Source: Octopus sinensis (Eukaryota). From it: a DNA stretch of 64,000 nt. Positions 29,586 to 40,004 of this stretch are shown piece by piece; within the stretch, counting starts at the first letter, position 1, and each line of letters opens with the position of its first letter. The translations under genes and the position numbers were made by a program. Under the pieces are notes generated by a model that did no database searches, was not told where the DNA came from, and saw only the letters and a program-made list of their open reading frames with translations. The stretch lies in the NCBI RefSeq assembly GCF_006345805.1, contig NC_042997.1, forward strand, positions 120,838,001 to 120,902,000. The letters run 5' to 3'.

Positions 29586-30934
29586 TTGCTGATCGACGCG
29601 ATTAACTTCGCCAGGAGGTCCTCCACCATCACCGAGTCCGAGCAAGATGTGATCCTCCACGCACGTAAGACTTTTCTTTTCTATGACGGATCCCACTGGA
29701 TCAACAAAAAATCTGTGACCCCCTTCGACGTCAGCATGGGTGCTAGCGACTCGGCTGAAATAAGTGACCTAGTGGGCCTTTTCATCCTCCATAGGCTGAA
29801 AACCCTATTCAATGGCCTCTCCGGTGGTCTTTACCGCGATGACGGCCTTTTCGCCCTCCACAAAATAAACCCCAGGACCACGGATGGGTTCCGGAAAAAT
29901 CTTTACACTTTCTTTAAATGCTTAGGCCTTAGGATTACCTTAGAATCCAACTTAACCAAAGCTAACTTCCTTGACGTCACCCTCGACTTAAAAACCTCAC
30001 TTTATTACCCGTACCACAAACCTAATGAATCCATTAGATATATAGATATTAATTCCAACCACCCCAAAAATATATTAGATAACCTAGTAAAAAGTGTCTC
30101 AATTAGAATTTCTAGCCTGTCCGCCACGGAAGATATCATTAAGGCCGCAGCCCCCTATTACAACGAGGCCCTGGCCCGCAGTGGCTTTAAAGATAAGATT
30201 ACCTATACTAGTATAGCCCCACGCCAACCCAGGAAAAATAGACGAAGACACATTAGCTGGTACAACCCCCCCTTCAACCGTGAGGTCGCTACACCTGTAG
30301 CTAAAATCTTCTTCACTCTCCTACAGAAACACTTCCCCACCCAAAATAAGTACTATACTATCCTAAATAAGAACACTATTAGACTCTCCTACTCTACCAC
30401 GCCCAATCTAGCCAGGAACCTAGCCAACAACAATGTGAAAAAACTTAACATATCTACTTTTTCCGAGGCCCATCCAACGTCCGATAGCAATTGCAACTGC
30501 CCTGATAAAAACACCTGCACTCAACAAAACAACTGCCTACAGAGGGACCTAGTATATACATGCGAGGTAGATCAGGTCCTGACGATAAAAGAAAATCCTA
30601 CATCGGAATGACGTCAAACAGCTTTAAGACCCGTTGGTACGCACACACGCACTCGTTCCGGCGACAGGATAAATCCAACCAAACTACCCTCGCCGCCCAC
30701 ATCTGGTACCTTAAAAGGAACTCCATCCCCTTCAAGACCAAGTGGAAACTACTACAGAAGGCGCGTTCGTACACAGGAGGCCATACCTGCTGTGAACTTT
30801 GCATTTCGGAGAGCCTAGAGATCTTGTTCGCCAAAGGCCCTCTCCTTAACAAAATCTCAGAACACTCCCCAAATTGCATGCATAAGAAGTATGTAAACTA
30901 CAAGAACTATAGACCTACCCGGCAACCAGATTGA
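29586..30934 (+). pseudogene. PLE RT (C-terminal part) + GIY-YIG, one frameshift near 30570
   Basis: ORFs 29586..30611 (MGASDSAE, YRDDGL) and 30560..30934 (SYIGMT, CELCISESLEIL, NCMHKK) are nearly identical to the left-arm protein. Confidence 0.9.
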
Positions 30935-31500
30935 TGACACCCCACCCACAACCCCCCCAATCCCACCGTTCCCCTAGCACCCCTGATTACCTTTTCTCCT
31001 AAGACCTTTCACATATTGTATGTGCACGCTTGTATATGTGTATCGTATATATGTATAGAAATGTATGGGTATAGTAGGAATATACGCATGTATTATGTGT
31101 GTGTGTGTGTATGTATGTAAAAAAAATATATATATATGTATGTGCGTGTGTGTGTGTGTGTGTGTATATATGTATATATGTGTATATGTGTGTATGCATA
31201 TGTATGTGTATATGTATGTGTGTATGTATGGGTATGTATGTATAAAATATTATATAATTAGGGCTTAGTAAAATAAATTACTTTGCCACATACTGAACTT
31301 TCTAGAAATAGCAGCCCAAAAAGTTTTTTAGCCTCTTCCACTACTTAGAGAATATTTTCTCTCAGACATTGTTTACTCAAAAAAATAATGGTCCTTTTAC
31401 ATACTGAATATTTGGTGAAATTGATTAATAACTAATTAACTTTACCCTCAATTGTTGATATATGTATGTGTGTATATATATGTATATATATATATATATA

Positions 31501-31543
<43 letters not shown>

Positions 31544-32047
31544 ATGTGTGTGTGCGTGTATATATATATATATGTATATGTGTGTATATGTGTATTTATG
31601 TATATATATATATATATATATATGTGTATATGTATGTGTGTGTGTATATATATATATATGTATATATGAGTGTACGCGAGTATGTCGATGTATATGTAGG
31701 TATGTAGAGTTATGTGTATGTGCATGTATGTGAGTGTAGATACAAATTGTAGATGGGTATACATATATGTGTGTGTATATATACATGTATATATGTATAT
31801 GTATGTGTGTGTATATATATATATATATATAATATGTATATGTGGGTATGTAGAGTTATAAGTATGTGCATGGGTATATGTGTGTATATATATGTATATG
31901 TATGTGTATGTGTATGTATGTATATATATGTGTGTGTGTGTATGTGTGTATATATATGTATGTATATATGTATATATGTGTTTATGTGTACCTGTGGGTA
32001 TATATGTGTATGTATATGTATATGTGTGTGTATATGTATGTGTGTAT

Positions 32048-32081
<34 letters not shown>

Positions 32082-32262
32082 GTGAAAATGTATATGTATG
32101 TGTATATATGTATATATGTGTATGTGTGAATATGTGTATGTATACATATATGTATGTATGTATGTATATATGTATGTATATATGTGTGTAAGTGTGTGTA
32201 TATATGTATATGTAAGTGTGTGTGCGTGTATGAGTATGTATGTATGTTTGCACACAAGTATA

Positions 32263-32302
<40 letters not shown>

Positions 32303-32508
32303 TAGATATATATATGTATATATATAATATATGTATGTGTGTGTATATATGTGTGTGTGTATATGTGTGTATGTATATATATATGTGTGTGTATGTGTAT
32401 GTGTATATGTACATATGCGTGTACGCGCGCGTGTGTTTATGTATATGTAGGCACGTAGAGTTAACTATGTGTGTATGTATATGTACATAAGTGTAGGTAT
32501 GTATATAT

Positions 32509-32542
<34 letters not shown>

Positions 32543-32914
32543 ATGTGTGTAAGTTTATATGTATATATCCGTCTGTATAATAGGTAACTGCACGTACATA
32601 TACTTAATATTTATTATTTATTTTTTGAGTATGCATGTATGAATAACTGCGCGTATATATATTTTATTATTTATTTTTCGAGTATGCATGTAAGTATGAA
32701 GATAAGGAGGCGCGTGTGTGTGTGTGTATGTGTAAGCATAGATATATGTATACTTTTACGCATGTGTGTACTTATGTGTATATATGGATGCGCGCGTGTG
32801 TGTGTGTGTGTATGGGTACGCATGTACATGTGTATGTGCGTGTATGTGTATATGTGTATGTATGTGTGTGCGTATATTTGTATATGTATGTATGTATATG
32901 TATGTGTGTGTATG

Positions 32915-32949
<35 letters not shown>

Positions 32950-33181
32950 GTATATATATATGTATATATATATGTATGTATATGTATATGTGTATGTGTA
33001 TGTATTTGTATGTGTATGCATGCGCGTATATATATGTATGTATATGTATACGTGTGGGTGTGTGTATGTGTATATATGTATGTATGTATGGATGTATGGA
33101 AGTATGTATGTATGTATACGTATTTATGTGTATGTGTGTATATGTATGTATGTATGTGTATGTGTATATATATATGTATGC

Positions 33182-33222
<41 letters not shown>

Positions 33223-33855
33223 TGTATGTATTTGTATGTAGGTGTATATGTATGTGTGTATATATATTTATTGGTGTATATGTATAGACTAGCCTTCTAA
33301 GAGTGTAGACATGAATCTGTAGGTACGCGTACGTATGTGTATATACGTGAATGTATATAGATGTATGTATGTATGAATATAATGCGTGCGTGCGTGTATG
33401 TGTATGAGTGTACGAATGAGTGAGTGTGCGTGCGTGAATGAGTGCTTGTTTTCAAGTAGAAAGATTAATGGACTTGCTGTCATAGCCAAGATGCTTGTGA
33501 CCAGCGGTCAAATATAACAAAAATAATAAATGTAGATAATAAAATTAAAATTAGGGAATGGGTCTGTTTTTGTATATATATATAATGTGTGTATGTGTAG
33601 GTATGTATAGGTACACATATGTATATATATATATATGTATATATATGTATATATATGTGTGTATGGTGTATATTGTGTATATAGGGACTGTGTGTTGTGT
33701 GTGGTGTTGTGTGTGCATGTGTGTATGTGGATACGTGTGTGTATGCGTGTATGTGTATGTGTGTGTATGTTATATATTTTTTCTGTGTGTATATGTATGT
33801 GTGGTCGTGTGTGCATATATACATGTGTGTATATGTGTATGCATGTGTGTGTGTG

Positions 33856-33886
<31 letters not shown>

Positions 33887-34332
33887 CTAATATATATATT
33901 TAGATATATATATATATATGTGTATGTGTAGATATGTGTATGTATGTGAATGTGTATATAGATGTATATATGTGTGTGTGTATGTATGTGTGTATGTATA
34001 TATGTGTGTGTGTGTGTGTGTATATATGTATACATATGTGTATAGGTATAAGTGAGAATCCCCTTATTATACATACACACACACACATGCATACACATAT
34101 ACACACATGTATATATACACACACGACCACACATAAAACTCTATTCTTTTTTATATATATATATTTTTTTTTTTAATTCTTTTATTTATTCTTTTATCTA
34201 ATTTACCACTGACTCCTTGACCACTCCCCCAAGTATGATATTTTGCGCTATGCCTACCCCCAAATAAGTCCCCCACCACCACCTCTTTAAACCTGCCTAA
34301 ATGTATAAATGCCAATACAATTCTTGTTAACT

Positions 34333-34383
34333 AGCTTCCTGAAGATTTCTCTTGAATGAAACAGTTCTAGTCCTGTAGAAGCT
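34333..34383 (+). ncRNA. Type I hammerhead ribozyme motif (PLE terminal repeat)
   Basis: Same 51 nt as 23855-23905: CTGAAGA 34339-34345, GAAAC 34358-34362, CTGT-A 34373-34377, stem I 34333-34338 paired with 34378-34383. Confidence 0.8.
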
Positions 34384-34466
34384 CCTTCTATATAATAAAT
34401 TAATTTTACTCTGCTATGTATTGAGTACCTTATTTACTGTGGTTAACCCCGAATCAACCCGGGACC

Positions 34467-34505
<39 letters not shown>

Positions 34506-34512
34506 AATGTAT

Positions 34513-35095
34513 GATGTTGAATGTATTAATAGTCTCTGACTATCTATTTTTCCTACTAGACCGCTGGTGGCAAATAATTTCTGCTGAATTTTTTTTGCTA
34601 CCCTATATTGAATAATTATGAATTTTCTGTTTAATTCCGAAATGGAATCGGCAGCTTTGATTTGCTGCCGATAAATTTGGCGCGAGTACGCTGATTTGAG
34701 AAATTTTAGGTCAGATATTGCCGGGGCAGCAGTGATACTACCTCGTAAATATCTCGCTAATCTGGCTTACTTTACTGAAGAATTTGTTGGCTTATGGAGG
34801 ATTAGCTTGATTTAATTTAATCGGGCTGATTTACCATTAAAAAACAGATGAAACGATGCATCGTATAAAGTATATCGGGGTAAATGTTTTTTTTAAATTT
34901 TCTCCTGGTTTTTGGAATTATTACTTGTTTGCGGTTTAAGCCTTGGCTGCTATTTCTAGTAGGTTGAACAGCCTATTATGGCTGTTCCTATATTTTGATG
35001 TTGAATGTATTAATAGCCTCTGACTATCTATTTTTCCTACTAGACCGCTGGTGGCAAATAATTTCTGCTGAATTTTTTTTGCTACCCTATATTGA

Positions 35096-35099
<4 letters not shown>
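34513..35099 (+). mobile_element. Non-coding 484-bp-period partial tandem element carrying a HHR
   Basis: A 103-bp direct repeat at 34513-34615 and 34997-35099 (period 484), a HHR in the middle, (TA)n on both sides, no meaningful ORF. Confidence 0.7.
34768..34872 (+). ncRNA. Type I hammerhead ribozyme motif
   Basis: TACTTTA (34768-74) / TAAAGTA (34866-72) stem I; CTGAAGA 34775-81; stem II ATTTGTT/AACAGAT with an inner hairpin ATTAGCTTGATT/AATCGGGCTGAT; GAA; palindromic stem III ACGATGCATCGT (34853-64); A17 at 34865. Confidence 0.88.
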
Positions 35100-35176
<77 letters not shown>

Positions 35177-36648
35177 ATATTTATATATATATAATGTATG
35201 TGTATATATTGTTCAAAGATATATATATATCATCCTCTCATCCTTTCTCTAATTATTTGTTCACCTCTTCACCGTTTTATATCCGTCTCTCTCTCTCCCT
35301 TTCTCATTTACTCTCCTTCTCGTTGCTGTCACTTGACCATCGTTCTTTTTCTCATGGGACCATCCATCTTTTCTTCCAGGGCCGTCCTAAAGACTGGGGT
35401 ATCCTATCTATCTCTTTCTTTTATATTTTCTCTTGCCAAGTAAAATATTTCTTCAGCGTTCGCTATTTTACCCTCAACCTGGTCCAATGACTCTCCATAT
35501 TTCTTTTCATTCGGTTTCCTTGTATACCTCCACTGTCCTAATTTTGGTCCCAACTTTGACCCTCCATAAATCCCAAATTTCTTTTGGTCTTTGTGAGAGC
35601 AACTATCTGAAAAGGCTCATATTGTCATTCAATTCTCGACGTGAATAGCAGGTAGACTGCCGACAACTGCAAGGTCGTTCTTTATGTTACTTGTCCTGTT
35701 CTCCATTTGTTTCTCTCGTTGTTGCCTATTCCACTCATTTGTTTTCGTATTTCATATTGTTTACTGTTGGTGTCATCCTGCAACCATACGTGCACATACA
35801 TTTATATATATTGGGTCTTCCCATAAACAATGCGGTTTTTACAATTGCAAGTACTAAAACTCGAAAGGGAACTGGACAATCTACCTGCAACAACCTGCTA
35901 TAAAGGCAGTTAATAATTTTACCTTAGTGCATGTTTTGAAAAGTGCAGTTCGATTTTAACAGTTATCATTTCGAAGCTATAACGGAAGAGGCAAAGGAGC
36001 ATATTCGGCATATTTTGCTTTAATAAAGGTAGCAAGGCAAAGGCAACAACGCAACAAAAAGTGGGCATTATTAATGCAGTATATGGGTGATCGGACAATA
36101 AGCGTAAGCCATTGTCGACAAAGGTTCCAGAAATTATATACATATATACATAAATACATACACATATCTACACACACGTACTTATATACGTATACATATT
36201 TATGTACATATATATATACGTGTATGCACATATTTACGTACATATATATATATATATGTATGTCTATCTCTCTCTCCTTCTCTCTCTCTATAAATATATA
36301 TACATATATAAATTTGAGAAAAAACACTATTATGTAATTCAAACAATGATAGATATAAACCAAATCATAAATAAAATATAAAATATATTTTAAAACATAT
36401 GACTATGTCACAAAAAGTACAAAAATAAATAAACAAATATAATAAACATTATATAGTAATATATAATAATAAATATAATAACTAATATGTAATAAGTATA
36501 ATGTAATACCTGTTACTTATTATATATTTTTTTATTCAGTTTTGTACTTGTTGTAATCTAGTTATATTTGAAAATATGTTTGATTTTTCCTTTACCATTT
36601 CGTTTATGTCTATCATTCTTTGAATTGCGTAGTAGTGATTTTTCTCTA

Positions 36649-36712
<64 letters not shown>

Positions 36713-37325
36713 CAAATATAAGAGAGTGGTCAATATATTGCTCACTCTAGCACCAGTTAATCCAAAAGGTTTCAACCACGAAGATACATGTTTCCCATGA
36801 CGAGCTACAAATGGATTTTTTTGTAAGTAATTTACATTTAATTCATTAATAGCGAAACAATTGTCCCAAAATAATCTGTATTTTTGTTATTTTTTACTTG
36901 CCCTGTCCGTGTGAGCTAACAGTCGTACTGGCTTTCATGGGAAACATGTATCTTCGTGGTTGAAACCTTTTGGATTAACTGGTGCTAGAGTGAGCAATAT
37001 ATTGACCACTCTCTTATATTTGTTTTGTAAAAGTATTGTAATATGTTATAAAATATTATAATAATCCAGGTTTCTCGTAGCACTAGGCCACTTGGTGTTG
37101 AATAAATATACTATTAATTAGTATCTAATTCTCTCACCCTTATTAATTAATTATAATTATGCTGCATTTATTTCTAAATGCTGTATTTGTTTTCCGTGAA
37201 AGTTTGGCGCGCTGTTGGTTGGGGCATTTGAATTATAACGTCGGATGTAATCAATTGAACCACACGCGTATTTATCGTTATGGTAAAATCTGGCGTGTGA
37301 TTGAGTGGATTTCATCCAGATAGTC

Positions 37326-37403
37326 TTGGCTGACGAGCTACAAATGGATTTTTTTGTAAGTAATATTACAGTTAATTCATTAATAGCGAAACAATTGTCC
37401 CAA
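37326..37403 (+). ncRNA. Type I hammerhead ribozyme motif (array copy 2, complete)
   Basis: TTGG-CTGACGA-GCTA...TAGC-GAA-AC AATT GT-C^CCAA. Stem I extends to GATAGTCTTGG/CCAAAATAATC with 2 mismatches. Palindromic AATT loop 3 and GUC triplet (37397-37399). Confidence 0.9.
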
Positions 37404-37858
37404 AATAATCTGTATTTTTGTTATTTTTTACTTGCCCTGTCCGTGTGAGCTAACAGTCGTACTGGCTTTCATGGGAAACATGTATCTTCGTGGTTGAAAC
37501 CTTTTGGATTAACTGGTGCTAGAGTGAGCAATATATTGACCACTCTCTTATATTGTTTTGTAAAATTATTGTAATATGTTATAAAATATTATAATAATCC
37601 AGGTTTCTCGTAGCACTAGGCCACTTGGTGTTGAATAAATATACTATTAAATTAGTATCTAATTCTCTCACCCTTATTAATTAATTATAATTATGCTGCA
37701 TTTATTTCTAAATGCTGTATTTGTTTTCCGTGAAAGTTTGCGCGCTGTTGGTTGGGGCATTTGAATTATAACGTCGGATGTAATCAATTGAACCACACGC
37801 GTATTTATCGTTATGGTAAAATCTGGCGTGTGATTGAGTGGATTTCATCCAGATAGTC

Positions 37859-37935
37859 TTGGCTGACGAGCTACAAATGGATTTTTTTGTAAGTAAATTA
37901 CATTTAATTCATTAATAGCGAAACATTTGTCCCAA
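37859..37935 (+). ncRNA. Type I hammerhead ribozyme motif (array copy 3)
   Basis: As copy 2, but loop 3 is ATTT instead of AATT; GUC at 37929-37931. Confidence 0.82.
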
Positions 37936-38239
37936 AATAATCTGTATTTTTGTTATTTTTTACTTGCCCTGTCCGTGTGAGCTAACAGTCGTACTGGCTT
38001 TCATGGGAAACATGTATCTTCGTGGTTGAAACCTTTTGGATTAACTGGTGCTAGAGTGAGCAATATATTGACCACTCTCTTATATTTGTTTTGTAAAAGT
38101 ATTGTAATATGTTATAAAATATTATAATAATCCAGGTTTCTCGTAGCACTAGGCCACTTGGTGTTGAATAAATATACTATTAAATTAGTATCTAATTCTC
38201 TCACCCTTATTAATTAATTATATATATATATATATATAA

Positions 38240-39210
38240 CATTTACCCAGAACTTATAAGGCAAATATGAAAATGGGGAGGATAAGCAATCGACAAACAT
38301 CAGTGTGTAATCAAAATAAACGGTATTGTAGGGTATTAGAAGGAAACTGGTAATGTGTTCACAAAAAGCATCAAGTGCTTTATTTCGGCCTTTTGTAGGA
38401 CAGTATTCACTTTTGTATTTTACTATTGAGTCATCTTCGCTGATGTAGTCGTGAAGTGCTTCTGTGAGGTGTAATTTTCGGCAGAAATCCATGGTGTTTT
38501 CCTTAATTTCTTTCGGGTTCGATCTGCGAGGTGTTGGGGTAAAATGTAAACCTCTTGCTAGAAATTTAGTTTGTGTAATAGTTAGGATTTCCTTTGATAC
38601 GTTGATTATTTTCGGTTGTACTTTACATTTTGTTCAACAAAATTATCGAGAGCAAAAGGCAACCCAAATCATTGAAAAAAAGACTATATCCATTAACAAC
38701 AGAACCAAAAGAAAAAAAAATGGTCGACCTAAATCTAGTATATTCCCCCACCTTTTGGGGCGTTCGAAATTCCACTTTAAAGAAGGTGAAACATTTAAGA
38801 TAAAATCAAATTTCGCCTGTGCCTCGGAAAATGTTATCTATGCCATTACATGCTTAGGGTGTGGTCATAATCATATTGGCCAAACAGGAATATCGCTCCG
38901 TCGAAGAATCACTCTCCACAAAGAACAAATCCGTCACCCACAATATTTACCTTCCTTACACATAATCGTTTTACTCAGAGATTAGTAGACCTGAAACCGT
39001 TCATTAATCCGTGTGCATTCAAAGCAATCATTAGTAAATTCACGAAATCGGTATTCTTTTGCATCTCTTTACCAATTCATAATAATGACTTTTATTACTT
39101 TTATTCCTACGTCAGTTCATGTATTTGTATATATATTTCATAAAAAGCCTTTAATTTTTTGATATTCAATGTGCATTTTCGCTTATTTTTCTTCTTAATC
39201 TCCCTTTTAT
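38240..39210. mobile_element. Degenerate PLE (Neptune-like; clade tentative): N-terminal piece on minus, GIY-YIG piece on plus
   Basis: Minus ~38610-38340: IINVSKEILT...LARGLHFTPTP...DFCRKLHL...KSEYCPTKGRNKALD. Plus ~38740-38985: FKIKSNFACASENVIYAITCLGCGHNHIGQTGISLRRRITLH. The 3' tail (39080-39205) recurs at ~44200-44420 (minus) and ~50860-50940. Confidence 0.75.
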
Positions 39211-39212
39211 AT

Positions 39213-39247
<35 letters not shown>

Positions 39248-39479
39248 GCCAGTTAAGGAGACAGTAATGTTATTATCAAAGGGTGCACTAGTACTAATGA
39301 CATTCGCGAAAGTGTATTTAGACTTATGAAGACATAAATTATATTCTTCTTTTTACTGTGAAGTTGGCTTTTAATATAAATAGTATTTCACTTATGCACA
39401 ACATTTCTTTTCTTTCAATTATACGCAGATGCTGAGGCAACAAGTTTCCAATGGAGATCATAACTAATATGACCCCATA

Positions 39480-39850
39480 TATAATTACTCAAACCGGGGA
39501 AATTCCTCCTATTTCTGTTTCTGAAGGTATACAGAATTTGGGATCGTTACTGAGATTATTTATATATCCTAAATTATAGTTATGTTTTATATACGATTCA
39601 TATAGACCAGTGTTAAGGTTCCAGTTCGCGTCTAAACAGTTACTGGAGTAATTTTTATTTTCTATAGTTATGGAGAAACCAAATCTACTGAAAAACTTAT
39701 GGAAGCGTTTCTTTAATAAATCCAAGTCCAGTCGCAATCCATCCGTCATATCTTACAATTTGAGATGAAGGATTATTACGCATCAATAACAATGGCAAAA
39801 TCTTCTTTGAACTTAGCAAAGACAATAACAAAACTAAACAGCTTTGAAAT
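39480..39850 (-). mobile_element. Old PLE RT fragment related to the 27-31 kb family
   Basis: ORF 39489..39749 KKRFHKFFSRFGFSITIE...NCLDANWNLNTGLYESYIK...YINNLSNDPK aligns by eye to RKNLYTFFK.LGLRITLE...NFLDVTLDLKTSLYYPYHK...YIDINSNHPK. Confidence 0.65.
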
Positions 39851-39937
39851 AAACCTTTAAACATTTGTAATTGGGAGCATTTACTAGGTATGTCAGCTTT
39901 TAGGGGAAGTCTTTTTTAGTTTCATAAAATACTGTAA

Positions 39938-40004
<67 letters not shown>

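Larger units (their letters stand above)
29555..34472 (+). mobile_element. 5'-truncated inverted copy of the same PLE (right arm)
   Basis: Starts CGAGGATTACTACGCC, the reverse complement of 28610-28625. It mirrors the left arm out to the HHR (34333-34383) and continues ~90 nt into the leader (34346-34472 is the reverse complement of ~29428-29554), then (TA)n. Confidence 0.9.
36711..38222 (+). repeat. Tandem array of a ~533-bp HHR-containing unit (about 2.7 copies) with a 90-bp inverted 5' arm
   Basis: Unit landmarks recur at 36798/37331/37864 (TGACGAGCTACAAATGG) and 36854/37388/37920 (GAAAC). 36711-36800 is the reverse complement of 36935-37024. (TA)n flanks both ends. Confidence 0.92.

Noticed and set aside
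36711-38222. CRISPR-like or satellite interpretation of the tandem array
   Set aside because: The units are whole 533-bp copies with no repeat-spacer structure, the context is eukaryotic, and the HHR plus inverted 5' arm point to a retro-origin.
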